Assembly: GCA_963785305.1 (NCBI GenBank)
Contig: CAWAUV010000007.1
Coordinates: 512,001 to 576,000 of the forward strand
Source of the DNA: an uncultured Planctomycetaceae bacterium
GTDB lineage: Bacteria; Planctomycetota; Planctomycetia; Pirellulales; PALSA-1355
Length of the DNA stretch: 64,000 nt
Direction of reading: 5' to 3'
The notes beneath the pieces were generated by a model. It did no database searches and was not told where the DNA came from. It saw only the letters and a list, made by a program, of their open reading frames with translations. Position 1 is the stretch's first letter; every line of letters begins with the position of its first letter. Of this stretch, positions 54,021 to 63,183 are shown piece by piece. The position numbers and the translations under genes were made by a program.

Positions 54021-54446
54021 TTGCCGCGCTCCCTTGGTCGAAGAAGCAGGGTATCGACTTCCCTCATTCGTCGCCGGAGCCTACGCCCCCATGATCCGAT
54101 TTTTCGCATTGCGAGCGCCTCGATCGAAGCCCTGGGCATCTCTGGCGTCGCGAGCTTGACCCTCGTCGCTGGCCTGATCTTGGGAGCGGGCGCCGCCCTG
54201 GCCGATCCGCCGCCGATCGTGCCGGCCCCGCGATTAGCCGTTCCCGGTCAACCGCCGCGACCCTATCGGCACTTCGACTTCACCCAGCCCTCGCCCTATG
54301 GCGTGATCGTGACCTACCAGCAGAAGAGCACCGGCCGGGTCAAGCAGGTGTTTACCTATCCTGGTTATCGCAACGGCTGGCAAGAGCCCGACTTCTTGTA
54401 CTTTGGCGATCCCTGGTCGCGGCACACCTATGGCGTGAATCGCTAA
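54021..54446 (+). CDS. small secreted hypothetical protein (start uncertain)
   Basis: Hydrophobic segment ending ALA-DPP followed by an aromatic-rich mature region. Confidence 0.5.
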   Translation: MPRSLGRRSRVSTSLIRRRSLRPHDPIFRIASASIEALGISGVASLTLVAGLILGAGAALADPPPIVPAPRLAVPGQPPRPYRHFDFTQPSPYGVIVTYQQKSTGRVKQVFTYPGYRNGWQEPDFLYFGDPWSRHTYGVNR

Positions 54447-54524
54447 GAGCCTATTCGGCAACTCCCCACCTCTCCCTTTGGGAGAGGGGGGAGTGAGAGC
54501 TCGCTGAAGTTCTCCGATAGGCAC
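54447..54524 (-). mobile_element. MITE-like element copy 3 (inverted relative to copies 1 and 2)
   Basis: Reverse complement aligns with 4033..4109; flanked by TAA on both sides. Confidence 0.75.
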
Positions 54525-54766
54525 TAAGTTCAAGTTTCGCGTTTTTTGCTAGCACTCGAATCGCCGATTTCTCGTGGGTTTTGCACAGTTTGACGGCCGA
54601 ACTGCCAATTTTTGCATGTTACCGAGAGGCCGAAGGTTGCCGGAAACGCGCCGAAATCGGAGAAACCACGACGAATCGGGCTATCGGAACTTTTGAAAAC
54701 CGCGAAAGTCGAACTAAGCGCGAAGCTTACCGCGAACGCTCATCGCGCCGGGCCCAGGTTCTCGGC

Positions 54767-55727
54767 TCACACCGCCGAGAAGGCTTCGCGAATCTCGTTC
54801 AGATATCGCGGACACGCCTCGCGGGCCGGCTCGTCTTCTTCGTACTCCAGCACGATATAGCCGCGGTAGCCGGAGTCGGCCAGCAGCCGAGCCAGCCGGC
54901 CAAAGTCGGTTGGCCGCTTCTTGCCATCGGGTCCGCTGACGACCACTTTCACTTGCACATTGATCGCATAGGGCGCGAGCTTGGCGAGATCGCCTTCGAT
55001 GTCGTCGCCATGAAAGTTGCCGGTGTCGAGGTTCACGCCGAACCAAGGACTTTGCACCGCACGCACAAGCGCCAGCATCGAGTCGGCCGTGGCCGTGAGC
55101 CCGCCATGATTCTCGAGCGCCAAATGCACCCCGCTTGCCCGCCAACTGACAAGAAGCCTCGATCGCCTCGACGACGAGTCGAGTCGCTTCGGCCGTGGAG
55201 AGCGATCGCGGCGAGCCCGAGAAAATGCGAATCGTCGGGCGCGCCGAGCAGCGCGGCGTTTTCGATCCAGCGCCGGCGCGCTCGAGCTGTTCGTCGCGCT
55301 CGCGGCCGGGCGGCAGGGCAAAGTCATTGCCGATCGCCGTGCCCGAGATATCGAGCCCCTGACGAAAGCACTGGGACTTGATGGCGAGCAGAGTCTCGGG
55401 CTTCACGTTGTCGGGATATCCGGGAATGTAGTAGCTCGTGAGCTCGACCGCTTGGGCCCGCATTTTGGCGGCGTCGGCGATGAAGTCGTCGAGCGAGAGC
55501 CGGTTGTCTTTGGCGGTGAACAGCTTGCGATAGCTGTAGGCGGCGATGCTGTATTTGAAATGGCTCCCGCCGTGGCGGGCGATCGGCTCGATGGCCCTGG
55601 CTGGCCAGCGGGCGGTGAGCGAGCTCGCAAGCACGCCGGCGCCGGCAAGGCAGCAATGCCGCAAGAACTCGCGGCGCGACCGGGAGCCGCTTTCAAGAGG
55701 CGGGCGGAGCGAATGTCGCGGGCTCAT
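54767..55727 (-). CDS. Tat-exported sugar phosphate isomerase/epimerase (TIM barrel; frameshifted)
   Basis: SRREFL; AAYSYR, VELTSYY, LENHGG, NLDTGNF, GYRGYIVLEYE. Confidence 0.87.
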
Positions 55728-56125
55728 GGGCGGCAAACCTTCGGGATTCGTGGGACTATTAAGAAGTATAAGAGATGCGCGGGTCGGGCGGCGCTCGGCG
55801 CGGCGACGCCGATTGCCGGCGCCGCGAAGCATGCTGCCAGCGAGTCAAAAAACGGCGAATCTTTCGGCTGCGATATTTACCCAAAGTTTAACGTGGGAGC
55901 AGTCGATAAATCCACGGCCAGATTTTGCGTTGCCGCGCCCCGCCACGTGCGCGTGCGGCGAATGCAATGCTGGCGCGGTTTTTCGGGGGGGGCAAACTCG
56001 ATTTCGGTCATGCGACAAGGCGGCGCCCGAAAGCTCGGCGGAAGCGAGCGGGGGTGGCGGCTTGGGGCTGGCGGTGCGCACCTGGCGCCGTCTCCCAGCG
56101 GCGCGACTGCGAGGAACCCTGATCG

Positions 56126-58407
56126 ATGGCTTGGCGCGTTTCCTTAAGCTGGTTGACGCGGATCGGTGTGCTGGCGAGCGTCGCTGGCTGCCATCCGACG
56201 AATGCCGGTCCACTTGTTCGACGATGGCGATCTCTCGCACTACGTCGATAAAGCGACCCAAATCGAGTACCCCGATGCCCAAACCACGCTGCTCGAAGAC
56301 GTGGAAAAGGCCGAACCGCCGCTGACGCTCGAAAACATGGATGCCAAGAGCATCTGGGAGCTGAAGCTCGAGGAAGCGGTGCAATTCTCCCTGGCCAACG
56401 CCAAGGTGATGCGTTCGCTCGGCGGACGCTACGCCACGAGCGCCGCCACCCAGCGACCGCAAGTCGGCGAAGCGCCCGACTCGATCATGACCGCGCCCGA
56501 CAATAGCCGCGGCGTCTATGATCCGGCCCTCACCGAAACCACGCCGGTCACGGGCGTCGAGGCCGCGCTGGCCGCCTTCGACACCCAGCTCACCAGCAAC
56601 CTGAACTGGCAGCACAATCACCATCCGAACAACGTCCGCACCAGCGGCATTTACCGAAATTTCAATCAGCAGTTCTATAAGGAAGACAACAGCACCTTCA
56701 ACACCCAGTTGACCAAGATGACGGCCACGGGCGGCCAGTTTTCGATCGCCGAAAACTTGTTCTACGATTATCTCAACACGCCGTCGCTGGCCATTCCCAG
56801 CAGTTGGAACGTCAACTATCAGTTCAGCATGAACCAGCCGTTGCTCGCCGGCGCCGGCACGCAGTTCAACCGCATCGCCGGTCCGTTCAACCCCTTCGCG
56901 GGCATTATTTCGTCGAACGGTTCGACGATCGGCACCACCACGTTCGACGGCGTGATGCTGGCCCGCATCAACACCGACATCAGCCTCGCCGACTTCGAGG
57001 GCGGTGTGCGCAATCTGGTGAGCGACACGGAAAACGCTTACTGGGAACTGTACTTCGCCTACCGCGCCCTCGAGGCCAGCAAGGTGGGCCGCACCAGCGC
57101 CTTGCAAACCTGGCGCAAGATTGACGCCCTGTATCTCGTGGGCGCCAAGCGGCGGCGAAGCGGAGAAAGAGGCCCAGTCGCGGGCCCAATACTTCCAGTT
57201 CCGCGCCCAGGTACAGACTTCGCTCAACGATCTGTTCCGCGCCGAGAATCGCCTCCGCTATGTGATGGGGCTCTCGGTGTCCGATGGCCGGTTGATTCGT
57301 CCGGCCGATGAGCCGACGACGGCCAAGGTGAACTTCGAATGGCGCGATATCCACTGCGAAGCGTTGGCTCGCAGCCCCGAACTTCGTCGTCAAAAGTGGC
57401 GGATCAAAGAACGCGAACTCGAAATCATCGCGGCGAAGAATCTGTTGATGCCCCGCTTGGACGCCGGCGGTTACTACCGTCTGGTGGGCCTCGGCGATCA
57501 GCTCTACAACAACGCCGATCCCAGTGTCGTGAACGGTCTAGTGGGCACGAGCGCCTTGGGTGTGCTCGGCACCGGCCAGTTCGCCGAATGGCAGGCCGGC
57601 TTCAACTTTGCCATGCCGATCGGTTTCCGGCGCGAAATGTCGCAAGTGCGGCACTACGAAATGCAGCTCGCCAAGGAAAAGTCGCGTCTGCAAGACGAAG
57701 AGCTGGAAGTCTCGCATCAGGTGGCCGACGCCGTTCGCATGCTCGAATTCAACTACAACCTGGCCCAAACGAACTTCAACCGTCGCGTGGCCACGGAAAA
57801 ACAAGTCGCGGCCGTGCAAGTGGCGTTTGACTCGAACACCGTGACGCTCGACCTCCTGCTCAATGCCCAGCAGCAGCGGGCCGACGCGGAGATCGCCTAT
57901 TACCGGGCCCTGGTCGACTATGTGCGCGGCATCATTCAGGTCCACTATCGAAAGGGCTCGCTGCTTGAGTACAATAATGTGTACTTGGCGGAAGGACCCT
58001 GGCCGGCCAAGGCCCAGTTCGATGCGCTGCGATTGGCGCGGCAGCGAGATGCGAGCGTGTTTTTGAACTACGGGTTCACGCGTCCGAAGGTCATCAGCCG
58101 CGGGGCTTACACCCAGTTTGCCCATGGCCCCTCGGACGAACCGACGGAACCGCCGCTCGCTTCGCCGCAAGAAGAATCGCCCGCCGGGCCCACGCCGGAG
58201 CAGGTTCCGCCGGCGCCAAACGGCCCGGTCGGCCAACCGCCGCTGGACCAGCCGCCAGGAGGTTCGCCGCCGGGGGGCGCACGGCGACTCCGGAAACCAA
58301 CGAACCGATCGGCGATCGACAGGCGGGAGATCGCGGGCCGGCGCTCGAGCCCGATGCGTCGCAGCCGCCTTCGGGCGGATTTTCCTGGGGGAATCTCGGC
58401 GGACTAG
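56126..58407 (+). CDS. TolC-family outer membrane efflux lipoprotein, planctomycete type (frameshifted; true stop may be 58595)
   Basis: Lipobox VAGC from ATG 56126; QPLLAGAG, ENAYWELY, LDLLLNAQ, KGSLLEYN. Confidence 0.8.
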
Positions 58408-58536
58408 GCGGTGGATCGAACTCGAGCACGCCGCGAGCCGGCGCCCAACCAACGGGCGCCGCGGGCCCCGCGACTCGAAGCGGCGCGAGCGGACCGTCTG
58501 CTCGCGCCGGCGCCCGTGGAACACCAACCGCCAACT

Positions 58537-59595
58537 ATGAGCCTATCGAAGATCAGCCGTCTGGTGCAGCTAATCGGTCTCTTGCAGGTGGGTAAGGGGC
58601 TCGGCGTGAGCCACTTGGCCGAGCAGTGCGGAGTAAGTCGCCGGACCATCTTTCGCGATCTCGAAGTCTTGCGACAAGCGCGAGTGCCGCTGATCCTCGA
58701 CGAACAGGCCGGGCTCTATCGCATCGCCGGCGCCTATTCGCTTCCGCCCACGCAATTCACCGCCGAGGAAGCCCTCGCCATGTTGGTGATCTGCCGCGAA
58801 CTGGGCCAAGAACAACGACTGCCCTTCTATAGCGCCGCGAAAACGGCGGCGCTCAAGCTCGAAAGCAGCCTGCCGGGCCCCTTGCGCGAAGAGCTCCGCG
58901 AGTCCGCCGCCGCGGTGCGAATTCACCTGGAGCCGCGTAATCCGTTGACCGAGCATCGCCCCTGCTACGATCGCCTGATCGAATGCGTGACCCGGCGCCA
59001 GCCGGCGCGAATTCGCTACGACAGTTTCAGCGATCGCGAAATCATCGAGACGAAGCTTTCGCCCTATCGCTTGCTATTTAGCCGGCATAGCTGGTATGTG
59101 GTCGGGCGCTCTTCCGTGCATCGCGAAATCCGCACCTTCAATGTCGGCCGCATCTTGAGCCTCGAGCCGATCGACGAAACCTTTCAGCCGCCGCGAGGTT
59201 TCAGCATCGAACGCTATCTCGGAAATGCCTGGCGCCTGATCGCCGAACCGGGCCCGGATATCGTGGTTCGCATTCGCTTCGAGCCGCTGGTGGCTCGGAA
59301 CGTGGCCGAGGTTGCTTGGCACAAAACCCAGCAATGCCGCTTTCACGACGATGGCTCGCTCGAGTTCACTGTTACCGTGTCGGGATTGAATGAAATCTCG
59401 TGGTGGATTCTCGGCTACGCGGACCAAGCCGAAGTGCTCGAACCGGCCGCCCTGCGCGCTCTGGTCCAACAGCGGGCCAGCCGGCTCGTCGAGCGCTATG
59501 CCCAGCGCGACTCCGCCGAAGCCGATGGCACTACCCTGGCGCCGATCGATCCGTCGGCGCCCGAGCGAACCTCGCCGCGTCGCAATGCGCGTTGA
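58537..59595 (+). CDS. HTH-WYL-WCX transcriptional regulator (PafBC/DriD-like)
   Basis: LAEQCGVSRRTIFRDL HTH; PY.L.F..HSWYVVG, RTFNVGRI; WILGYADQAEVLEP. Confidence 0.92.
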   Translation: MSLSKISRLVQLIGLLQVGKGLGVSHLAEQCGVSRRTIFRDLEVLRQARVPLILDEQAGLYRIAGAYSLPPTQFTAEEALAMLVICRELGQEQRLPFYSAAKTAALKLESSLPGPLREELRESAAAVRIHLEPRNPLTEHRPCYDRLIECVTRRQPARIRYDSFSDREIIETKLSPYRLLFSRHSWYVVGRSSVHREIRTFNVGRILSLEPIDETFQPPRGFSIERYLGNAWRLIAEPGPDIVVRIRFEPLVARNVAEVAWHKTQQCRFHDDGSLEFTVTVSGLNEISWWILGYADQAEVLEPAALRALVQQRASRLVERYAQRDSAEADGTTLAPIDPSAPERTSPRRNAR

Positions 59596-59630
59596 AAATT
59601 CCATTGTTTCCCACCAAGGCGCCCAATCGC

Positions 59631-60284
59631 ATGTTCTTTTCCTTCGATGGCCTCGATGGGGCCGGCAAATCGACGCAGCTCGACCTGTTTTGCGACTATC
59701 TCGCGAGCCGCGGACACACCGTCGCGCGATGCGTCGATCCGGGCAGCACGCCCTTGGGCGAACAGTTGCGCTCGCTCCTGCTCACGCAGCCGGGCCCGGC
59801 GATCGGTTCCGTGGCCGAGATGCTGCTGTTCATGGCGGCCCGGGCCCAAATGGTCGAGGAGCGAATCGCGCCGGCTTTGGCCAGGGGCGAGGTGGTGGTG
59901 TCGGACCGCTATGTGCTGGCCAACGTGGTGTATCAAGGCCACGCGGCGGGGCTCGATGTCGCGTGGCTCTGGGACCTGGGTCGGAAAGTGACCCGTGGAG
60001 TGATGCCGAATCTGACTTTCGTGCTCGATCTCGCGCCGGAAGACGCCGTGGAGCGGCTGCGGCGTCCGCTCGATCGCATGGAGCAACGCGGCGACGAGTT
60101 TCACCGCCGCTTGCGGACCGGCTACCAATCCGAGGCGGCGCGGACACCGCGCGAGATTATCATGATCGACGCCCGCCCGGGGATCGAAGAAGTGCAAGCC
60201 CGAATCCGCGAACTAGCCGACGCCCGCCTCGCCGAGCGAAACCAAGCGTCCACGCGGCCCGAGACATCAGGCGACGCCTGCTGA
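59631..60284 (+). CDS. tmk: thymidylate kinase
   Basis: FDGLDGAGKSTQ, LFMAARAQ, SDRY, DRME. Confidence 0.93.
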   Translation: MFFSFDGLDGAGKSTQLDLFCDYLASRGHTVARCVDPGSTPLGEQLRSLLLTQPGPAIGSVAEMLLFMAARAQMVEERIAPALARGEVVVSDRYVLANVVYQGHAAGLDVAWLWDLGRKVTRGVMPNLTFVLDLAPEDAVERLRRPLDRMEQRGDEFHRRLRTGYQSEAARTPREIIMIDARPGIEEVQARIRELADARLAERNQASTRPETSGDAC

Positions 60285-60386
60285 AACCGCTTGTCCCCCG
60301 TGCAATTCAAGCACGTCGACGTCAGCCGATTGCTTGCGTCGGGAAGATGACGGGTGTGCTACGAGAGCGCACGACAACCTCCTTCA

Positions 60387-60475
60387 CGATTCCTGACCGG
60401 GGTCTCACACGGGGCTTCCGTCTCTCGATGCCCCTTGTCCCAACTGCCGTTGGGACGAGGGTTTGACAAAAGCGG
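60387..60475. repeat. degenerate direct repeat R1 (att-like)
   Basis: Aligns with 62862..62951 (about 73/90 identical by hand); internal hairpin; ends AAAGCGG. Confidence 0.85.
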
Positions 60476-60661
60476 CAGAATCGCTGTTCCGCGAAACTTG
60501 GCTCACGATGGCCAGCTAATCGGTGAGTGCGGTTGTTCTGTGCTGCCATCGGACAAGCGCTGACCAACCCGCGAGGAATTAGCTCGATAATTACGTCAGT
60601 CGATGTGAGTCCGAAGCGCGCAACAAGCGCTAAAGAAGAAATGGTGAACAAATCGGTTTGT

Positions 60662-61333
60662 CTACACCACGTTGTTGCCAAGTGCATTATCGAGCATCTC
60701 TCCCTCGACGGTTCCATGCTGAATCAGCAGCGCGGTCAGGGCCTCATGGTGAACAGCGCGGCGCGTGAGGACTTCCAAAGCTCGCTCTTCAGCAGCGATC
60801 ACCTCCAGCATCGAGTTGCGCTGGACCAGAAATAAAAACAACGCGGTCTTGTCGCGGTCGGCGATCGCATTCTGCATGCTTGGTGGATTCTGGAGCAGCC
60901 ACTGGTTGTTCTGGATTCGAGCGCTGACACGCTCGATTGCTCCATTTTGCAGGTTTTCTGCGAGGTGACCGGCTACGAGCATGGTGACGTAGCCGAGGAT
61001 GCTCGGGCGGATGGCATCGCGTTGAGCGGCATTATCACAGTTCATCGCGTTCATTGCCGCTTGAAACGCGCCCCAATCGGCCTGCGCCAACTGATGTTGG
61101 TGTTCTCCGTTAGGTCCAATGGGGTCAATGTTCACCCGAGTCACCTGGTAGCCCAAATCATCGATGACCACCGCATGGGCCGCTTCGTGCCGGGCTTGTT
61201 GCGGGTTGAATGCTGGCGGGGGAGCATGCCCGCCCTCACCGGCACCGGCCGCTTGGGCTTGGATCTGCTGCGCGCCGTTGTTTTGGCCTTGGTTGTTTCC
61301 GTTCGCCATCTCTGGAGCGTCTTTCACGTTCAT
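60662..61333 (-). CDS. stand-alone HExxH metallopeptidase, FtsH/M41-like
   Basis: ARHEAAHAVV, AGHLAE, and C-terminal AL...LIQHGTVEG resembling the FtsH protease domain; no AAA+ domain. Confidence 0.7.
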   Translation of the reverse strand: MNVKDAPEMANGNNQGQNNGAQQIQAQAAGAGEGGHAPPPAFNPQQARHEAAHAVVIDDLGYQVTRVNIDPIGPNGEHQHQLAQADWGAFQAAMNAMNCDNAAQRDAIRPSILGYVTMLVAGHLAENLQNGAIERVSARIQNNQWLLQNPPSMQNAIADRDKTALFLFLVQRNSMLEVIAAEERALEVLTRRAVHHEALTALLIQHGTVEGEMLDNALGNNVV

Positions 61334-61379
61334 TGTTGCGATTGATGGCTTCCAGTCATGATGTCTGCCGGTCAGCGGA

Positions 61380-62186
61380 TCAGGGCTTTGCGACCACAGC
61401 GGCCCGGAGTTGCTGGCAAGCGAAGCGAAGATCCACGGTCGCGACGACGCGCTTGGTCGGCAGCCACGAGCTTTGCATGGAGCAGACGAGGGCCTTCATG
61501 TCCTTGCCGGGCTGCTCCCAGAACGCGAACACCGGGCAGCCGCTCATCCCCACGATATCGAGATCCGGCCGGGAAGGCTCCATGACCTTGAAGTACCGCA
61601 TTTTGTCCGTCTGGTGGGCGTACACCGGCTCGACGCCAGCAGCCGGCTCAACTCGCAGGAAGACTGGCTGGATTCCCGCTTGGCCGAGGGTGTTGAGTTC
61701 CATGTTCTGAAGCGGCAAGCCCAGCTCGGCAAATTTCGAGAACTCCGGCGGAAGTTCCTGGTCCCAATACCGCTCCTCAACGACGATGACGTTGTTGGCG
61801 CGGAGGATGGCACGCTCCGAAGGGATGAGCTTGATGGCACCGAAATCAAGGCCCTCGTGCCGATCGATGCAGAATTCGGGTTCCCGGTAGCTGAACTTCA
61901 CCAGCTCCCGGTTGATGGCGAACGTGCCCATCCCGGAGTGGATCACGAAGGTGTGGGTGAGTTGCGGGTGACTGGCGATGTACTGCCTGATGGCGTTGAA
62001 GACGTGGCCGCAGGTAACGAGGTACCAATCCCCGTTCAACTCGACCACGAATCCGCTGGTGAAGAACTTCTTCTCCGTGGCGGGTGGGATCAGTTTCGAG
62101 GAAACGGAGATGCACCCCAGGCTCACCAGGAAATGGCCCATGTACCTGACGAAGTCGAGGTCCTTTTCATTTTGGGTAATAACCAT
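61380..62186 (-). CDS. trypsin-like serine protease
   Basis: TSGFVV...YLVTCGHV (His), LDFGAIKL (Asp), GMSGCPVF (Ser); no signal peptide. Confidence 0.75.
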   Translation of the reverse strand: MVITQNEKDLDFVRYMGHFLVSLGCISVSSKLIPPATEKKFFTSGFVVELNGDWYLVTCGHVFNAIRQYIASHPQLTHTFVIHSGMGTFAINRELVKFSYREPEFCIDRHEGLDFGAIKLIPSERAILRANNVIVVEERYWDQELPPEFSKFAELGLPLQNMELNTLGQAGIQPVFLRVEPAAGVEPVYAHQTDKMRYFKVMEPSRPDLDIVGMSGCPVFAFWEQPGKDMKALVCSMQSSWLPTKRVVATVDLRFACQQLRAAVVAKP

Positions 62187-62394
62187 TTCGATTCCCCCAG
62201 CAGCCGTTTGCTGACCAATCGTCAGGAAGTGTCGGCACATTCATTTTTGATCAAATGTAATCAAACAGAATTCTCATCGCGTCAATCACGCCGTTTGCTT
62301 CGTGATCGACATTATAACCGGCTTGATACTAGTTGGGACAGCATCTTGCGCGCCACGGTAGCGACACACCGATGCATATTCTTTTGGTTCGACG

Positions 62395-62860
62395 TTACCC
62401 GATTGCTTTCGTCGTAAAATTGACCAAGTGCTCCTGGGCAACTTGGTTTAGCGTTCGGTCGTTCGCGACGAATCGTGCCCGAGCGTCAGGCTGGTCATCT
62501 TAACGTCGTCTGTTTTCAGGATGGAATTCGTCGCGGCGCGATGGCGGAGCGTGTCGTGACCACGTCCGTCAGGCCGGACTTTTGGCGCAATGTGTCCATC
62601 CGTTTTTCCAGGGCGCCGCGCGTCCGGGCTTCGTTCTTGGAATTCGCGAAGCGGAAATCCGACGTGCCGCGGGCCTTAAGCCACCCGAGCAAGCGCGCCA
62701 TGCGAGGGATCGAGGGAATGATCTTCGGCTTTCCCGTGCGCTTGGGCTTTTGGTGAGACAAAAGAGCGACGTTCTGCTCCCGGCGAATATGTTCCGATCG
62801 CAGTCGGGCAATCGCCGGGTCGGCAAAACGTCCATTCCATCGCGAAGAAGAAGCGCTGGC
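62395..62860 (-). pseudogene. tyrosine recombinase catalytic-domain remnant
   Basis: Across shifted frames: WTFCRPGD (box I R), KRTGKPKII (K), TLRHRAAT, LGHDSSRTTER-stop at the catalytic Tyr position. Confidence 0.8.
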
Positions 62861-62861
62861 C

Positions 62862-62951
62862 CGATTCCTGTCCGGGGATATCACATGAGGCTTCCGTCTC
62901 TCGAAGCCCGTTGTCGTAACTGCCATTGAGACAATGGGTTAATCAAAGCGG
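62862..62951. repeat. degenerate direct repeat R2 (att-like) abutting the tRNA 3' end
   Basis: Partner of 60387..60475; last 3 nt overlap the tRNA. Confidence 0.85.
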
Positions 62952-63031
62952 AGGGCATGGGATTCGAACCCACAACCCCTTGCGGGGCACCTGATTTCGA
63001 GTCAGGCCGCTGGCCAATTCGCTTACCCTCC
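62949..63031 (-). tRNA. tRNA-Ser(CGA)
   Basis: Acceptor GGAGGGT/GCCCTCC, G73, anticodon arm CCTGA-CTCGAAA-TCAGG, long variable arm, GTGGG-TTCGAAT-CCCAT; no encoded CCA. Confidence 0.92.
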
Positions 63032-63183
63032 GGGGATCGCCAATTATACGCCGCCCTGCGGCCCTCTCGTCAAGACCTTCCCCCACTTTCGAGCAGGGCG
63101 CACGCACGGGCGCGAATAGGGCGGCGCCAAGTGACCCCGCTCGATTGGGCGGCGAGGCGTTCGAGACATTGGGCGGCGTGGAT

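Larger units (their letters stand above)
60387..62951. mobile_element. decayed integrative element at the tRNA-Ser 3' end
   Basis: Bounding direct repeats, integrase remnant, non-housekeeping cargo and visibly AT-richer intergenic DNA. Confidence 0.8.

Noticed and set aside
58537..59595. WYL gene as part of a CRISPR/BREX/CBASS defence locus
   Set aside because: No cas, brx or cyclase genes nearby; it lies outside the island repeats and next to tmk
61410..62417. 335 aa plus-strand ORF in the island
   Set aside because: Antisense to the trypsin-like gene, which has a full catalytic triad
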